Shown here: piece after piece, positions 54,001-62,682 of the stretch
Layout: each line of letters begins with the position of its first letter
How positions within the stretch are numbered: the stretch's first letter is position 1
Assembly: GCA_022769625.1 (NCBI GenBank)
Contig: JALEJP010000055.1
Location: 4,701 to 68,700 of the forward strand
Direction: 5' to 3'
Source of the DNA: Lachnospiraceae bacterium
Lineage (GTDB): Bacteria > Bacillota > Clostridia > Lachnospirales > Lachnospiraceae
DNA: 64,000 nucleotides
Position numbers and translations under genes: made by a program
Notes under the pieces: model-generated
Database searches by the model: none
Told to the model about the DNA's origin: nothing
What the model saw: the letters and a program-made list of their open reading frames with translations, nothing else

Positions 54001-55548
54001 TCATGCTCCGGTCCATTTGCAGGTCTGCCATCCAAGGCGGCCGAAGCGCCTGGTCTGCAGGCAGATTTCTTTCTGCAGATTTTCCCCAAATAACTTCTTT
54101 GTCATCCGCCATTTCCAGTTTTTTCCCACTGTGGAGGGCTGATTCATTCTGGTTTCATTGCCAAATCCCAGATAATCCTGCATGGGAATGATGCAGAGTG
54201 CTGCCTGACTGCGCATCACAAGTCCGATCATCGGACGGAAAAGATATTCGTCCGGAGTATAGCTGTCACACAGATACTTACGCACCATCGCTTTTTCTTC
54301 CCTGGAAATGCTCTGCAGCCAGCCTGTCAGTGTCTCATTGTCATGAGTTCCGGTATAGGCCACACAATTCTCCATATAATTGTGCGGCAGATAATCACTG
54401 GCACATCCTGTATCCCTGGCATCAAAAGCAAACTCCAGCACCTTCATACCGGGAAATCCGCTCTCCCACACCAGGCGGCGCACTGAATCCGTCATATAGC
54501 CCAGATCTTCTGCAATCACATCATGCTCTCCCAGAGCCTCCCGCACCCGGTAAAACAGATCCATTCCCGGTCCTTTTTCCCAGTGGCCTTCCACCGCACT
54601 GTCAGCCCCATAAGGAATCGAATAATACTCATCAAAGCCACGGAAATGGTCGATACGTACCACATCATAAATGCGAAAGCAGTGTGCCAGGCGTGAAATC
54701 CACCACTGATACCCTGTATTTCTGTGATAATCCCAGCGATAAAGCGGATTGCCCCAGAGCTGCCCTGTGGCGGAAAATCCGTCCGGCGGACATCCCGCCA
54801 CGGCGGACGGCACATTATTCTCATCCAGCTGAAAAAGCTCCGGATGGCTCCAGGTGTCTGCGCTGTCCATGGCCACATAAATCGGGATATCCCCTATGAT
54901 GCGGACTCCATGTTCGTTCGCATACCGTTTCAGATCGTTCCACTGCTTATAAAATACATACTGCATATACTGTTGAAATTCGATATCAAAATACAGTTCC
55001 CTGCGGTAATAATCCATGGCGTTTGCCATGCGAAGTCTGATATCCTCGGCCCATTCTGTCCAGGGTGCACCGCCAAACCGGTCCTTCACCGCCATAAAAA
55101 GTGCATAATCAGAAAGCCACCAGCTGTTTTCTTCCAGGAACTTCTGATACTCCGGATTGCGGCTGATATCACTGCGCTCATAAGCCCTTCTCAGAAGAAG
55201 ATAGCGCCCCTCATATATTTTTTTATAGTCCACCTCATCTGCTTTTGTTCCAAAGTCCACCGCGTCACACTCTTCCTTCGTGAGCACCCCCTCTGCAATC
55301 AGAGTCTCCAGGCTGATAAAATATGGATTTCCCGCAAAGGTTGAGAAAGACTGATAAGGAGAATCCCCATAACTGGTGGGACCAAGGGGAAGAATCTGCC
55401 AATAGCACTGTCCAGCCTCCTGAAGCCAGTCTACAAAATCATATGCGCTTTTTGAAAAACATCCAATGCCGTATTCAGACGGCAGGCTCGTTATGGATAG
55501 CAAAATCCCTGCTGCTCTGGTCAACTTTCTTTTCCTCCTCTGTCTCAA
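54001..55548 (-). CDS. malQ: 4-alpha-glucanotransferase (amylomaltase, GH77)
   Basis: AGILLSITSLPSEYGIGCF, YWQILPLGPTSYGDSPYQSFS, IGDIPIYV, VRIDHFRGF and TGTHDN motifs. The start is uncertain (ATG 55548 or TTG 55524); both overlap the upstream gene. Confidence 0.9.
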   Translation of the reverse strand: MRQRRKRKLTRAAGILLSITSLPSEYGIGCFSKSAYDFVDWLQEAGQCYWQILPLGPTSYGDSPYQSFSTFAGNPYFISLETLIAEGVLTKEECDAVDFGTKADEVDYKKIYEGRYLLLRRAYERSDISRNPEYQKFLEENSWWLSDYALFMAVKDRFGGAPWTEWAEDIRLRMANAMDYYRRELYFDIEFQQYMQYVFYKQWNDLKRYANEHGVRIIGDIPIYVAMDSADTWSHPELFQLDENNVPSAVAGCPPDGFSATGQLWGNPLYRWDYHRNTGYQWWISRLAHCFRIYDVVRIDHFRGFDEYYSIPYGADSAVEGHWEKGPGMDLFYRVREALGEHDVIAEDLGYMTDSVRRLVWESGFPGMKVLEFAFDARDTGCASDYLPHNYMENCVAYTGTHDNETLTGWLQSISREEKAMVRKYLCDSYTPDEYLFRPMIGLVMRSQAALCIIPMQDYLGFGNETRMNQPSTVGKNWKWRMTKKLFGENLQKEICLQTRRFGRLGWQTCKWTGA

Positions 55549-56368
55549 TCATCACTCCGAAATGGTCGGAAACCTGCGGGTACTCTTTTCCGTCGCAGAT
55601 TACACGACAGCTTTTTACCCGCACACTCTGCAGACTCCAGATATAATCAATTCGCATCCCACTGTCTGTTTTTTCATCCCGCCATCCGTCAATTGCTTCC
55701 TCCACGGTATTTTCACCGTGTGTCTCTTCTGCCAGTAAATAGGCATCCTTCCATCCGGTTTTTTTAACATAGTCATAGCCTTCTCCTCTGACCTGTGCCG
55801 GACTGTTGAAATCTCCCATAACCCACAGATTTCTCACGTTACCTATTTTGCCCTGCAGACCTGTCAGAACCTGATCCCACTGATCTGCAAATGCCTCGCC
55901 GTCCTTTTTCCACCATCCCATGTGAACCGTGTAAAACCAGCTTTCATCCGTTCGGATTCCAAGGATCTTGCGCCGTCTCCAGTTATGAAAATCATCGGTG
56001 CGGCTGACTGTGAACTGATCTGTCTCAAGGATGGGACGGCGCGAAAAAAGCGCCAGTCCCTCCTCATAAATATCATATCCCAGCTTGATCGGTATCCAGG
56101 TCCAGAAATAGCAGATGCCCCGTTTCTCCAGCAGACCGGCCAGCCTGGCCGCGTGGTTTCCTTCCCGGATCACTCCTTCACCGTCCTCACACCTGACATA
56201 TCCCTTCAGGCGCTCCTCCGGCAGGGCAGATGCATCCCGCCTCTGATTTACCTCCTGAAGTCCCATAATTTCCGGCTGTTCAACAGCAGCCATTTCTGCA
56301 AACTGTAAAAGCTTTGTTTCGTAATCCTTCTCCACAAGGCTGTGGGTGTTAAAGGTAAGTATCTTCAT
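55475..56368 (-). CDS. mapP: endonuclease/exonuclease/phosphatase family protein, probable maltose-6'-phosphate phosphatase
   Basis: MKILTFNTHS...GLQEVNQ...SDHFGV EEP motifs. It lies directly downstream of a maltose/glucose-family PTS gene, as described for MapP in enterococci. The specific function is inferred from that context. Confidence 0.65.
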   Translation of the reverse strand: MKILTFNTHSLVEKDYETKLLQFAEMAAVEQPEIMGLQEVNQRRDASALPEERLKGYVRCEDGEGVIREGNHAARLAGLLEKRGICYFWTWIPIKLGYDIYEEGLALFSRRPILETDQFTVSRTDDFHNWRRRKILGIRTDESWFYTVHMGWWKKDGEAFADQWDQVLTGLQGKIGNVRNLWVMGDFNSPAQVRGEGYDYVKKTGWKDAYLLAEETHGENTVEEAIDGWRDEKTDSGMRIDYIWSLQSVRVKSCRVICDGKEYPQVSDHFGVMIETEEEKKVDQSSRDFAIHNEPAV

Positions 56369-56422
56369 TTTTCCCTCCAGGATCTCCCTGCATTCGTCTG
56401 TAGCCGGACACCCGTTCAGACA

Positions 56423-58603
56423 TCACAGAATATCGTTGATATCGGATTTTAACACATCCGCCTTTGGTCCGTAAACGGCCTGAATTCCATTATCCTTTTT
56501 CAGCAGTCCCAATGCGCCTTCTGCTTTCCATGCCGGAAGCTCCGCCACCTTGTCCGGGTCCTTCACCGTCACGCGCAGTCTCGTCATGCAGGCATCCACA
56601 AGTGTAATATTCTCCCTTCCGCCAAGAAGTGCGATAATACGCTCTGCCTGTTCTCCACCGTTCCCGGAGGCAGCCGGTTTCGCATCGGTCTCCTCATTAT
56701 CGTCTGTATAATTTCCAAGACGTCCCGGTGTGGCAAACTGTAACTTTCCTATCATGAAATAAGCAACAAAATATCCGATCACAAAAAACGCAATCACGCA
56801 GATCACAAAATGTATAATGTCTCCCGTCAGCCCTGCTTTCACGGACATCGGGATACGGGTGATAAACTCCAGGTTTCCAAAGGAATGCAGCCTCAAATCC
56901 CAGATACCTGCCATGGCAAAAGCACAACCCTGAAGCACAGCATACACCAGATACAGCGGCAGTGCGCAGAACATGAACATAAACTCCAACGGCTCCGTTA
57001 CGCCGGTCAGAAAGACTGCAAGCACCGTAGACAGAAACATGGATTTGTATTTTTTCCGTTTATCCGCATCGACTCTGCGGTACATAGCCAATGCAATGCC
57101 AAGAAGAAGACCGGTTGCGCCAATCATCTGTCCCACCTTAAAACGGGCCGGTGTCACTGTGTTCAGAAGATTCGTATAAGAAGCCATATCTCCTGCATCT
57201 TTGAAATTAATCAGGTCAGTCACCCATGCAAGCCACAGCGGATCCTGTCCAAATACCTGGGAACCTGCGCTGATACCTGTCTGAATCGTGTAGGTTCCGC
57301 CAAAGGAAGTATAATTCATCGGTATGGTCAGCATATGATGCAGACCAAAAGGCAAAAGCAATCGTTCCAGAGTTCCATATACAAACGGAGCCAGCACCGG
57401 CGATGTGGATGAGGAATTTGCAATCCAGACACCAAAGGAATTGATTCCTGTCTGTACCACCGGCCAGACCACGGCCAGAATCAGAGAAATGATCACCGAC
57501 CAGAGCATAACCACCAGGGGAACAAAACGTTTTCCATTAAAGAAAGACAGCGCATCCGGGAGTTTTCTGTAATTATAATACTTATTATACACCGTACCGC
57601 CGACAAAACCAGCAATAATTCCCACAAATACACCCATATTCAGCGCCGGGGCACCCAGTATTGATGTGAAATAACCATTTACCAGAATCTCCTGTCCAAA
57701 CAACGTGTAGGTCACTGCATTGGGATCTGCCAGCATATCACCTGTCACACCAAAAATCGCTCCTGTGATACGGTTGATCAGAATAAATGCGATGACTGCC
57801 GCAAAGGCACCGCCTGCACGTTCCTTTGCCCAGGAACCACCGATCGCTGCTGCAAACAGGATATGCAGATTGCTGATGACAGCCCAGCCGATATTTTCCA
57901 TGGTGCTTCCTGCCATAAGAATCAGATGAACATCCGCACCCGCCATCTGAACCAGCTTACCAAGAGTGATCATCAAACCTGCCGCAGGCATGACAGCGAT
58001 AACCGTCATCAGTACCTTACCAAGCTTCTGCAGAAAATCAAAGTTCAGAGCAATTTTTTTCTTTTTTTCCTTCTTCTCCTCTGCTTTTTTCTCCGGCTTT
58101 TCTTCCGTATTTTTTTCCGGAGCACAGTCATCAAGTACGGTCAGTATAACCGTCTTTCCTGCTTCCATCTTTCCTTCACTGCAATTTAAGCTCTTCCCTT
58201 CCATACCGTCACATACCAGAACCGGTGTGATTGGATTGATATGGTTCTTTTCCAGGAATTCAAGATCCACTTCTGCCACAAGATCACCTTTTTTAACCTT
58301 GTCTCCCACTTTCACATGGCTTTTAAAACATGCGCCATGCAAAGACACCGTTTCCAGTCCGATATGAACCAGAAGCTCCAGTCCATTCTCTGAGCGGAAC
58401 CCATACGCGTGAAGGGTATCTGCCACAGAAACAACCTCTCCGTCTACGGGACTCACAATTTTTCCATCACGTGGAATCACTGCCACACCATCCCCGATAA
58501 TTTTCTCCGAAAATACCGGATCCGGAACCGTTTCCAGTCCAACTGCCTGTCCGGTAACCGGCGATACGATGGAAATTCCCATACAGGTATCTTCTTCTCT
58601 CAT
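56423..58603 (-). CDS. PTS glucose/maltose-family transporter, domain order EIIA-EIIC-EIIB
   Basis: N-terminal EIIA-Glc (DPVFSEKIIGDGVAV, HAYG, LLVHIGLETV), a K/E-rich linker, a ~10-TM EIIC, and a C-terminal EIIB (NITLVDACMTRLRVTV). ATG at 58603 lies 8 nt after GGGAGGT. Confidence 0.85.
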   Translation of the reverse strand: MREEDTCMGISIVSPVTGQAVGLETVPDPVFSEKIIGDGVAVIPRDGKIVSPVDGEVVSVADTLHAYGFRSENGLELLVHIGLETVSLHGACFKSHVKVGDKVKKGDLVAEVDLEFLEKNHINPITPVLVCDGMEGKSLNCSEGKMEAGKTVILTVLDDCAPEKNTEEKPEKKAEEKKEKKKKIALNFDFLQKLGKVLMTVIAVMPAAGLMITLGKLVQMAGADVHLILMAGSTMENIGWAVISNLHILFAAAIGGSWAKERAGGAFAAVIAFILINRITGAIFGVTGDMLADPNAVTYTLFGQEILVNGYFTSILGAPALNMGVFVGIIAGFVGGTVYNKYYNYRKLPDALSFFNGKRFVPLVVMLWSVIISLILAVVWPVVQTGINSFGVWIANSSSTSPVLAPFVYGTLERLLLPFGLHHMLTIPMNYTSFGGTYTIQTGISAGSQVFGQDPLWLAWVTDLINFKDAGDMASYTNLLNTVTPARFKVGQMIGATGLLLGIALAMYRRVDADKRKKYKSMFLSTVLAVFLTGVTEPLEFMFMFCALPLYLVYAVLQGCAFAMAGIWDLRLHSFGNLEFITRIPMSVKAGLTGDIIHFVICVIAFFVIGYFVAYFMIGKLQFATPGRLGNYTDDNEETDAKPAASGNGGEQAERIIALLGGRENITLVDACMTRLRVTVKDPDKVAELPAWKAEGALGLLKKDNGIQAVYGPKADVLKSDINDIL

Positions 58604-58747
58604 CCTAAAAACCTCCCTTTCTCCTGCCCTCTTACGGCTTCCTTTGTTTTTTGTTTTCCTCTGTTCCTTTCCTTCTGCCGTCTGATCTTTTCTGCATCCC
58701 AGAGTTTTCAGCGTGCAACTATTGTCTTTCATTTTTTGTATTTATTG

Positions 58748-58761
58748 TGCAATCGCTTGCA
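58748..58761. promoter_or_regulatory. palindromic cre / LacI-family operator candidate in the divergent PTS-lacI intergenic region
   Basis: TGCAATCGCTTGCA fits the cre pattern TGNAANCGNWNNCA and the TGCAA-N4-TTGCA type of LacI/MalR operator. Further TTGCA/TGCAA half sites lie at ~58775-58785 and 58908-58960. Confidence 0.55.
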
Positions 58762-59046
58762 TTAAATATAATATGTTTGCACAGCGTTTTCAAGTCTTTT
58801 TTTTCCTGTTTTTTCATTTCTACGTTTCCCACAAGAATTTCCCTTTCTTTTTGTGCATTTTCACTCCTGGAAGTCCCGGTTTCAAATTCTTCCCAATCGG
58901 TTTTCTTTATGCAAACCTCAGCCTCCTTGTTTGCATGATTTGCATAATTTATGCATCTAATTTTTCTTTCCTGTTGCATAACATAGTTGACTTCTCCCTC
59001 TGTTTCTCTTAAAATAAGAACAGAATCAGACAAGGAGGAGCATCAA

Positions 59047-60072
59047 ATGGCTGTTACGATCAAAGACGTTGCTGCGTTAGCCGGAGTATCACCTTCCACC
59101 GTATCACGCACCTGCAAGGATAATCCTGCAATCAGCGCCGAGACAAAGGAAAAAGTCCGCCGTGCCATGGCTGTACTTGGATACGAGCCCAATTTTCAGG
59201 CAAGCAACCTTGCCTCCCACACTTCCAATTCACGCACCATCGGTATTATTCTCCCGGTTTCCGTAAAGGAAGCCTATGAAAACTCATTTTATCTGGAGGC
59301 AATCCGCGGAATCAGCCAGTTCTGTAACCAGCGGCAATACATCAACACCGTGATCACCGGTCAGAGCGAAGATGAAATTCTCCAGGTCATCCGATCCATG
59401 ACACGCAGCGGACAGGTGGACGGATTTATTGTTCTTTATTCCAGAGAGCAGGATCCCGTCATTGACTATCTGTACAATGAAGGCCTACTCTACGTACTGA
59501 TCGGAAAAGCAAGTCAAAATGCGAATCAGACGATCTACATCGACAACGACAACCTGCTGGCCGGTCAGGAGGCCGCAGAGTATCTTTACAACCTGGGCCA
59601 CCGACGCATCGCATATATCGGAAGCGACAACAGGCTGCTCTTTTCCGCAGACCGAAAAGCCGGATACCAGCTGGCTCTTTCCCGTTTCGGGCTTCCAAAA
59701 TGTCCGGAATACTGTATTGAGATCCGATCGCTTTCAAAAAATGACTGCGAACCTGTCTATTCGCTTCTGAAAAGTGAAGAACGCCCAACCGCCATTATTG
59801 TAAGTGATGATATTATCGCAGTCGTACTGGAACGTGCCTGTTTTGAACTGGGGCTTTCCATACCAAAAGATATTTCCATCGTCTCCTTTAACAATTCCCT
59901 GCTTGCCAGACTGACTTCTCCCATGCTTACCTCCATCGATGTAAATTCCTGTCAGCTTGGCACCGAAGCGGCATCACAGATTATAAACCATATTGAAAAC
60001 CCCAACCTGCTGGCCACCAAAATTATCGTGCCGCACCATATCATCGAGAGAGACAGCTGCAGAAGCCTTTAA
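59047..60072 (+). CDS. LacI family transcriptional regulator (maltose-locus repressor candidate)
   Basis: MAVTIKDVAALAGVSPSTVSRT HTH plus a periplasmic-binding-protein-like sugar domain. GGAGGAG lies before the ATG at 59047. Confidence 0.88.
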   Translation: MAVTIKDVAALAGVSPSTVSRTCKDNPAISAETKEKVRRAMAVLGYEPNFQASNLASHTSNSRTIGIILPVSVKEAYENSFYLEAIRGISQFCNQRQYINTVITGQSEDEILQVIRSMTRSGQVDGFIVLYSREQDPVIDYLYNEGLLYVLIGKASQNANQTIYIDNDNLLAGQEAAEYLYNLGHRRIAYIGSDNRLLFSADRKAGYQLALSRFGLPKCPEYCIEIRSLSKNDCEPVYSLLKSEERPTAIIVSDDIIAVVLERACFELGLSIPKDISIVSFNNSLLARLTSPMLTSIDVNSCQLGTEAASQIINHIENPNLLATKIIVPHHIIERDSCRSL

Positions 60073-60145
60073 CATGAAAAAACGGTACGGGATCGGTGAC
60101 ACAGTAAACGCCATTCAGGAATCAGGAAAGGAATAATGAATTCAT

Positions 60146-61525
60146 ATGAACGAAACAGAAATCAGACAGATCGTAAAAAATCAGCGCAGTTATTTTTATT
60201 CCGGCGCCACACTGGATGTGGAATTCCGTATCAATGCCCTGAAAACCCTGAAAGCTGCCATTTTGAAATACGAATCCAGGATCAACGATGCCATACAGAA
60301 GGATCTTGGGAAAAGCCCCTTTGAAAGCTATATGTGCGAGACAGGACTCGTCCTCTCTGAAATCAGCTATATGCAGAAACACATCCGTTCCTTTGCCAGA
60401 GAAAAAACGGTACGGACGCCCCTTGCACAGTTTCACTCCCGCAGCTTCAAAAAGCCCTCCCCCTACGGTGTGACCCTGATCATGAGTCCCTGGAATTATC
60501 CATTTCTTCTGACACTGGATCCTCTTGTGGATGCGCTTGCCGCCGGAAACACCGCTGTGATCAAGCCGAGTGCTTACTCACCAAATACCAGTGAAATCAT
60601 GCACCAGCTGATTTCTGAATGTTTCAGCAAAGAATACGTCACGGTTGTCACCGGAGGACGTCAGGAAAACACCTGCCTGCTGAGGGAACATTTTGATTAC
60701 ATTTTCTTCACCGGAAGTCAGGCTGTGGGAAAAGAGGTCATGCGCTGTGCTTCCAGCCATCTCACTCCTGTCACTCTGGAGCTGGGCGGAAAAAGCCCCT
60801 GTCTGGTGGAGAAGAGCGCCAATATTCCTCTTGCCGCCAAACGCATTGTATTCGGCAAGTATCTGAATTGCGGGCAGACCTGTGTTGCCCCTGATTACAT
60901 TTACTGTGACCAGGAAATCAAAGATCAGCTGATTCGGGAAATCAAACGTCAGATCCGGCTTCAGTTTGGCACAGAGCCTTTACAGAATAATAATTACGGA
61001 AAGATTATAAACGAAAAACATTTTGACCGCATCTGTGGCCTGATAGATGTAAAAAAACTGGTCTGCGGAGGACGCACAGACCGCAGCACACTGCAGATTG
61101 AGCCATCTGTGCTGGATTCTGTCACCTTTGATGATCCCATCATGCAGGAAGAGATTTTCGGTCCGCTGCTCCCGATCCTCACCTATACCGATATCGATGA
61201 GGCAATCGCCAGAATCAACTCCATGAGTCACCCGCTGGCACTGTATATTTTTACCGGTGACAAATCCATTGCCGGAAAAGTCACCGAAAGCTGCGGTTTT
61301 GGCGGAGGCTGCATCAATGACACCATCATCCATCTTGCCACCAGTGAAATGAGCTTCGGCGGTTTCGGGGAAAGTGGAATGGGCGGTTATCACGGGAAAC
61401 GGGGTTTTGATACTTTTTCACATGAAAAAAGCATCGTGGACAAAAAGACCTGGATCGACCTCCCGATGCGCTATCAGCCTTACCGGAAATTAAACGAAAA
61501 ACTGATCCATCTGTTTCTGCGGTAA
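60146..61525 (+). CDS. NAD(P)-dependent aldehyde dehydrogenase (ALDH3-like)
   Basis: ELGGKSP, catalytic Cys block NCGQTCVAPDY, and EEIFGPLLPI. Confidence 0.88.
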   Translation: MNETEIRQIVKNQRSYFYSGATLDVEFRINALKTLKAAILKYESRINDAIQKDLGKSPFESYMCETGLVLSEISYMQKHIRSFAREKTVRTPLAQFHSRSFKKPSPYGVTLIMSPWNYPFLLTLDPLVDALAAGNTAVIKPSAYSPNTSEIMHQLISECFSKEYVTVVTGGRQENTCLLREHFDYIFFTGSQAVGKEVMRCASSHLTPVTLELGGKSPCLVEKSANIPLAAKRIVFGKYLNCGQTCVAPDYIYCDQEIKDQLIREIKRQIRLQFGTEPLQNNNYGKIINEKHFDRICGLIDVKKLVCGGRTDRSTLQIEPSVLDSVTFDDPIMQEEIFGPLLPILTYTDIDEAIARINSMSHPLALYIFTGDKSIAGKVTESCGFGGGCINDTIIHLATSEMSFGGFGESGMGGYHGKRGFDTFSHEKSIVDKKTWIDLPMRYQPYRKLNEKLIHLFLR

Positions 61526-61552
61526 CCCGCAAAGACAGATGGATCTTTGTCT

Positions 61553-62542
61553 CTAATCAATCAGATCATTCTGAAATCTCGAAAGGTGTTCATAAGGAAG
61601 GATCAGCCTTCCTCTGTACAGTCCGCAGCCATCATTGATGAGGCTGTTATCTGCCGCAGCAAACATATTTACATCCAGATCTGCCAGATTCAGCTGCAGA
61701 ATACGCATGCCGCGTTCATAGGCCTCATCAAAATAGATGCATTCACCTTCCGGGATGGCATCCCTGCGCGCTCTTTCCTTCTGCTGACGTTTCTCATAGC
61801 CCAGATGATTGGCAGAACCGATCTCCGCAATATCATCCATCTCTTTTGTACGAAGCTGAACCTCCATGTAGGACCTTGAGGTATTATCATAGAAGGTGAT
61901 ATGCAGAGACTGATAACCATACTCACTGGCGGCACAGATATAATCCCGGTAATAAGACCGCACCTCGTCATTCATCCGTGGAGATGTACTTTCTTTCACA
62001 CCATGTGCCGATTCTGCCGTAAATCCACGTTCCTCCAGAAAACCAGGCAACTTATTTGCAATCTGATACAGGTACTTCAGCTCCTCCTCCCGCCTGTCTT
62101 CTCCTTCCCGCAGGTGACATTTCGGCAGAGAGATCACGATCCGGTAGGCAATCAGATCCCGAAAGCAGTTGAGGCGATTTTTTAACTGAGACACGGGAGG
62201 ATATGAGCCGTGTTTCCTGTAATAATCGTAAATATACTCTACAATATAACCATTAAACTTCTCCTCCGCACGTATCAGAGATTTAATCCGCCCTTTGAAG
62301 GTAAACGCCAGAAAAGGATATTCCTTTGCCATATATTTGTAAAACTCCCTGATTCTCTGCGACTGAGCCGTCAGGAAGTCATTATGCTCCAAAAGCTCCA
62401 TGATCTGGAGCAGAAAATTGCTGTGCGCCAGATCAATCTCATTGTGTGTTTTTTTCGCTTCTTTTCGCAAATCTTCCAGATATCTCTGTATAATCTTCAG
62501 CACCGTATCTCCCGAATACAGGTAATCGTTTAATGTGATCAT
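61553..62542 (-). CDS. RelA/SpoT-domain (small alarmone synthetase-like) protein, 329 aa, atypical extensions
   Basis: Synthetase motifs in order: FKGRIKSLIRAEEKF, FRDLIAYRIV, GYQSLHITF, EVQLRTKEMD, HLGYEK. I chose the ATG at 62542 because the track ORF extension crosses the upstream terminator. Confidence 0.75.
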   Translation of the reverse strand: MITLNDYLYSGDTVLKIIQRYLEDLRKEAKKTHNEIDLAHSNFLLQIMELLEHNDFLTAQSQRIREFYKYMAKEYPFLAFTFKGRIKSLIRAEEKFNGYIVEYIYDYYRKHGSYPPVSQLKNRLNCFRDLIAYRIVISLPKCHLREGEDRREEELKYLYQIANKLPGFLEERGFTAESAHGVKESTSPRMNDEVRSYYRDYICAASEYGYQSLHITFYDNTSRSYMEVQLRTKEMDDIAEIGSANHLGYEKRQQKERARRDAIPEGECIYFDEAYERGMRILQLNLADLDVNMFAAADNSLINDGCGLYRGRLILPYEHLSRFQNDLID

Positions 62543-62612
62543 ACTTTTCTCTCTTTCTGCGTATGCATGTTGTTTGTAGGAATCATACCACATCTGGCGG
62601 CAGCGGGCAATC

Positions 62613-62654
62613 AAAAAAAGCCGTCCGGATTTCCGAATTGAAATCCGGACGGCT
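62613..62654 (-). terminator. intrinsic terminator after the partial surface-protein gene
   Basis: Minus strand reads AGCCGTCCGGATTT caattcgg AAATCCGGACGGCT TTTTTTT, a 14-bp perfect stem. Confidence 0.9.
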
Positions 62655-62682
62655 GCGAAAGAATTTATTTTCTTTTCGAGAG

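Noticed and set aside
53996-54003. The PucR and malQ genes converge with only 2 nt between their stop codons and no terminator.
   Set aside because: This is unusual but not interpretable from sequence. Termination may occur inside the opposing genes, so I make no feature call.
58651-59033. Several 95-104 aa ORFs on both strands in the PTS/lacI intergenic region.
   Set aside because: The region is AT-rich and low-complexity, the frames overlap one another, and none has an RBS. The region is better explained as a divergent promoter/operator region.
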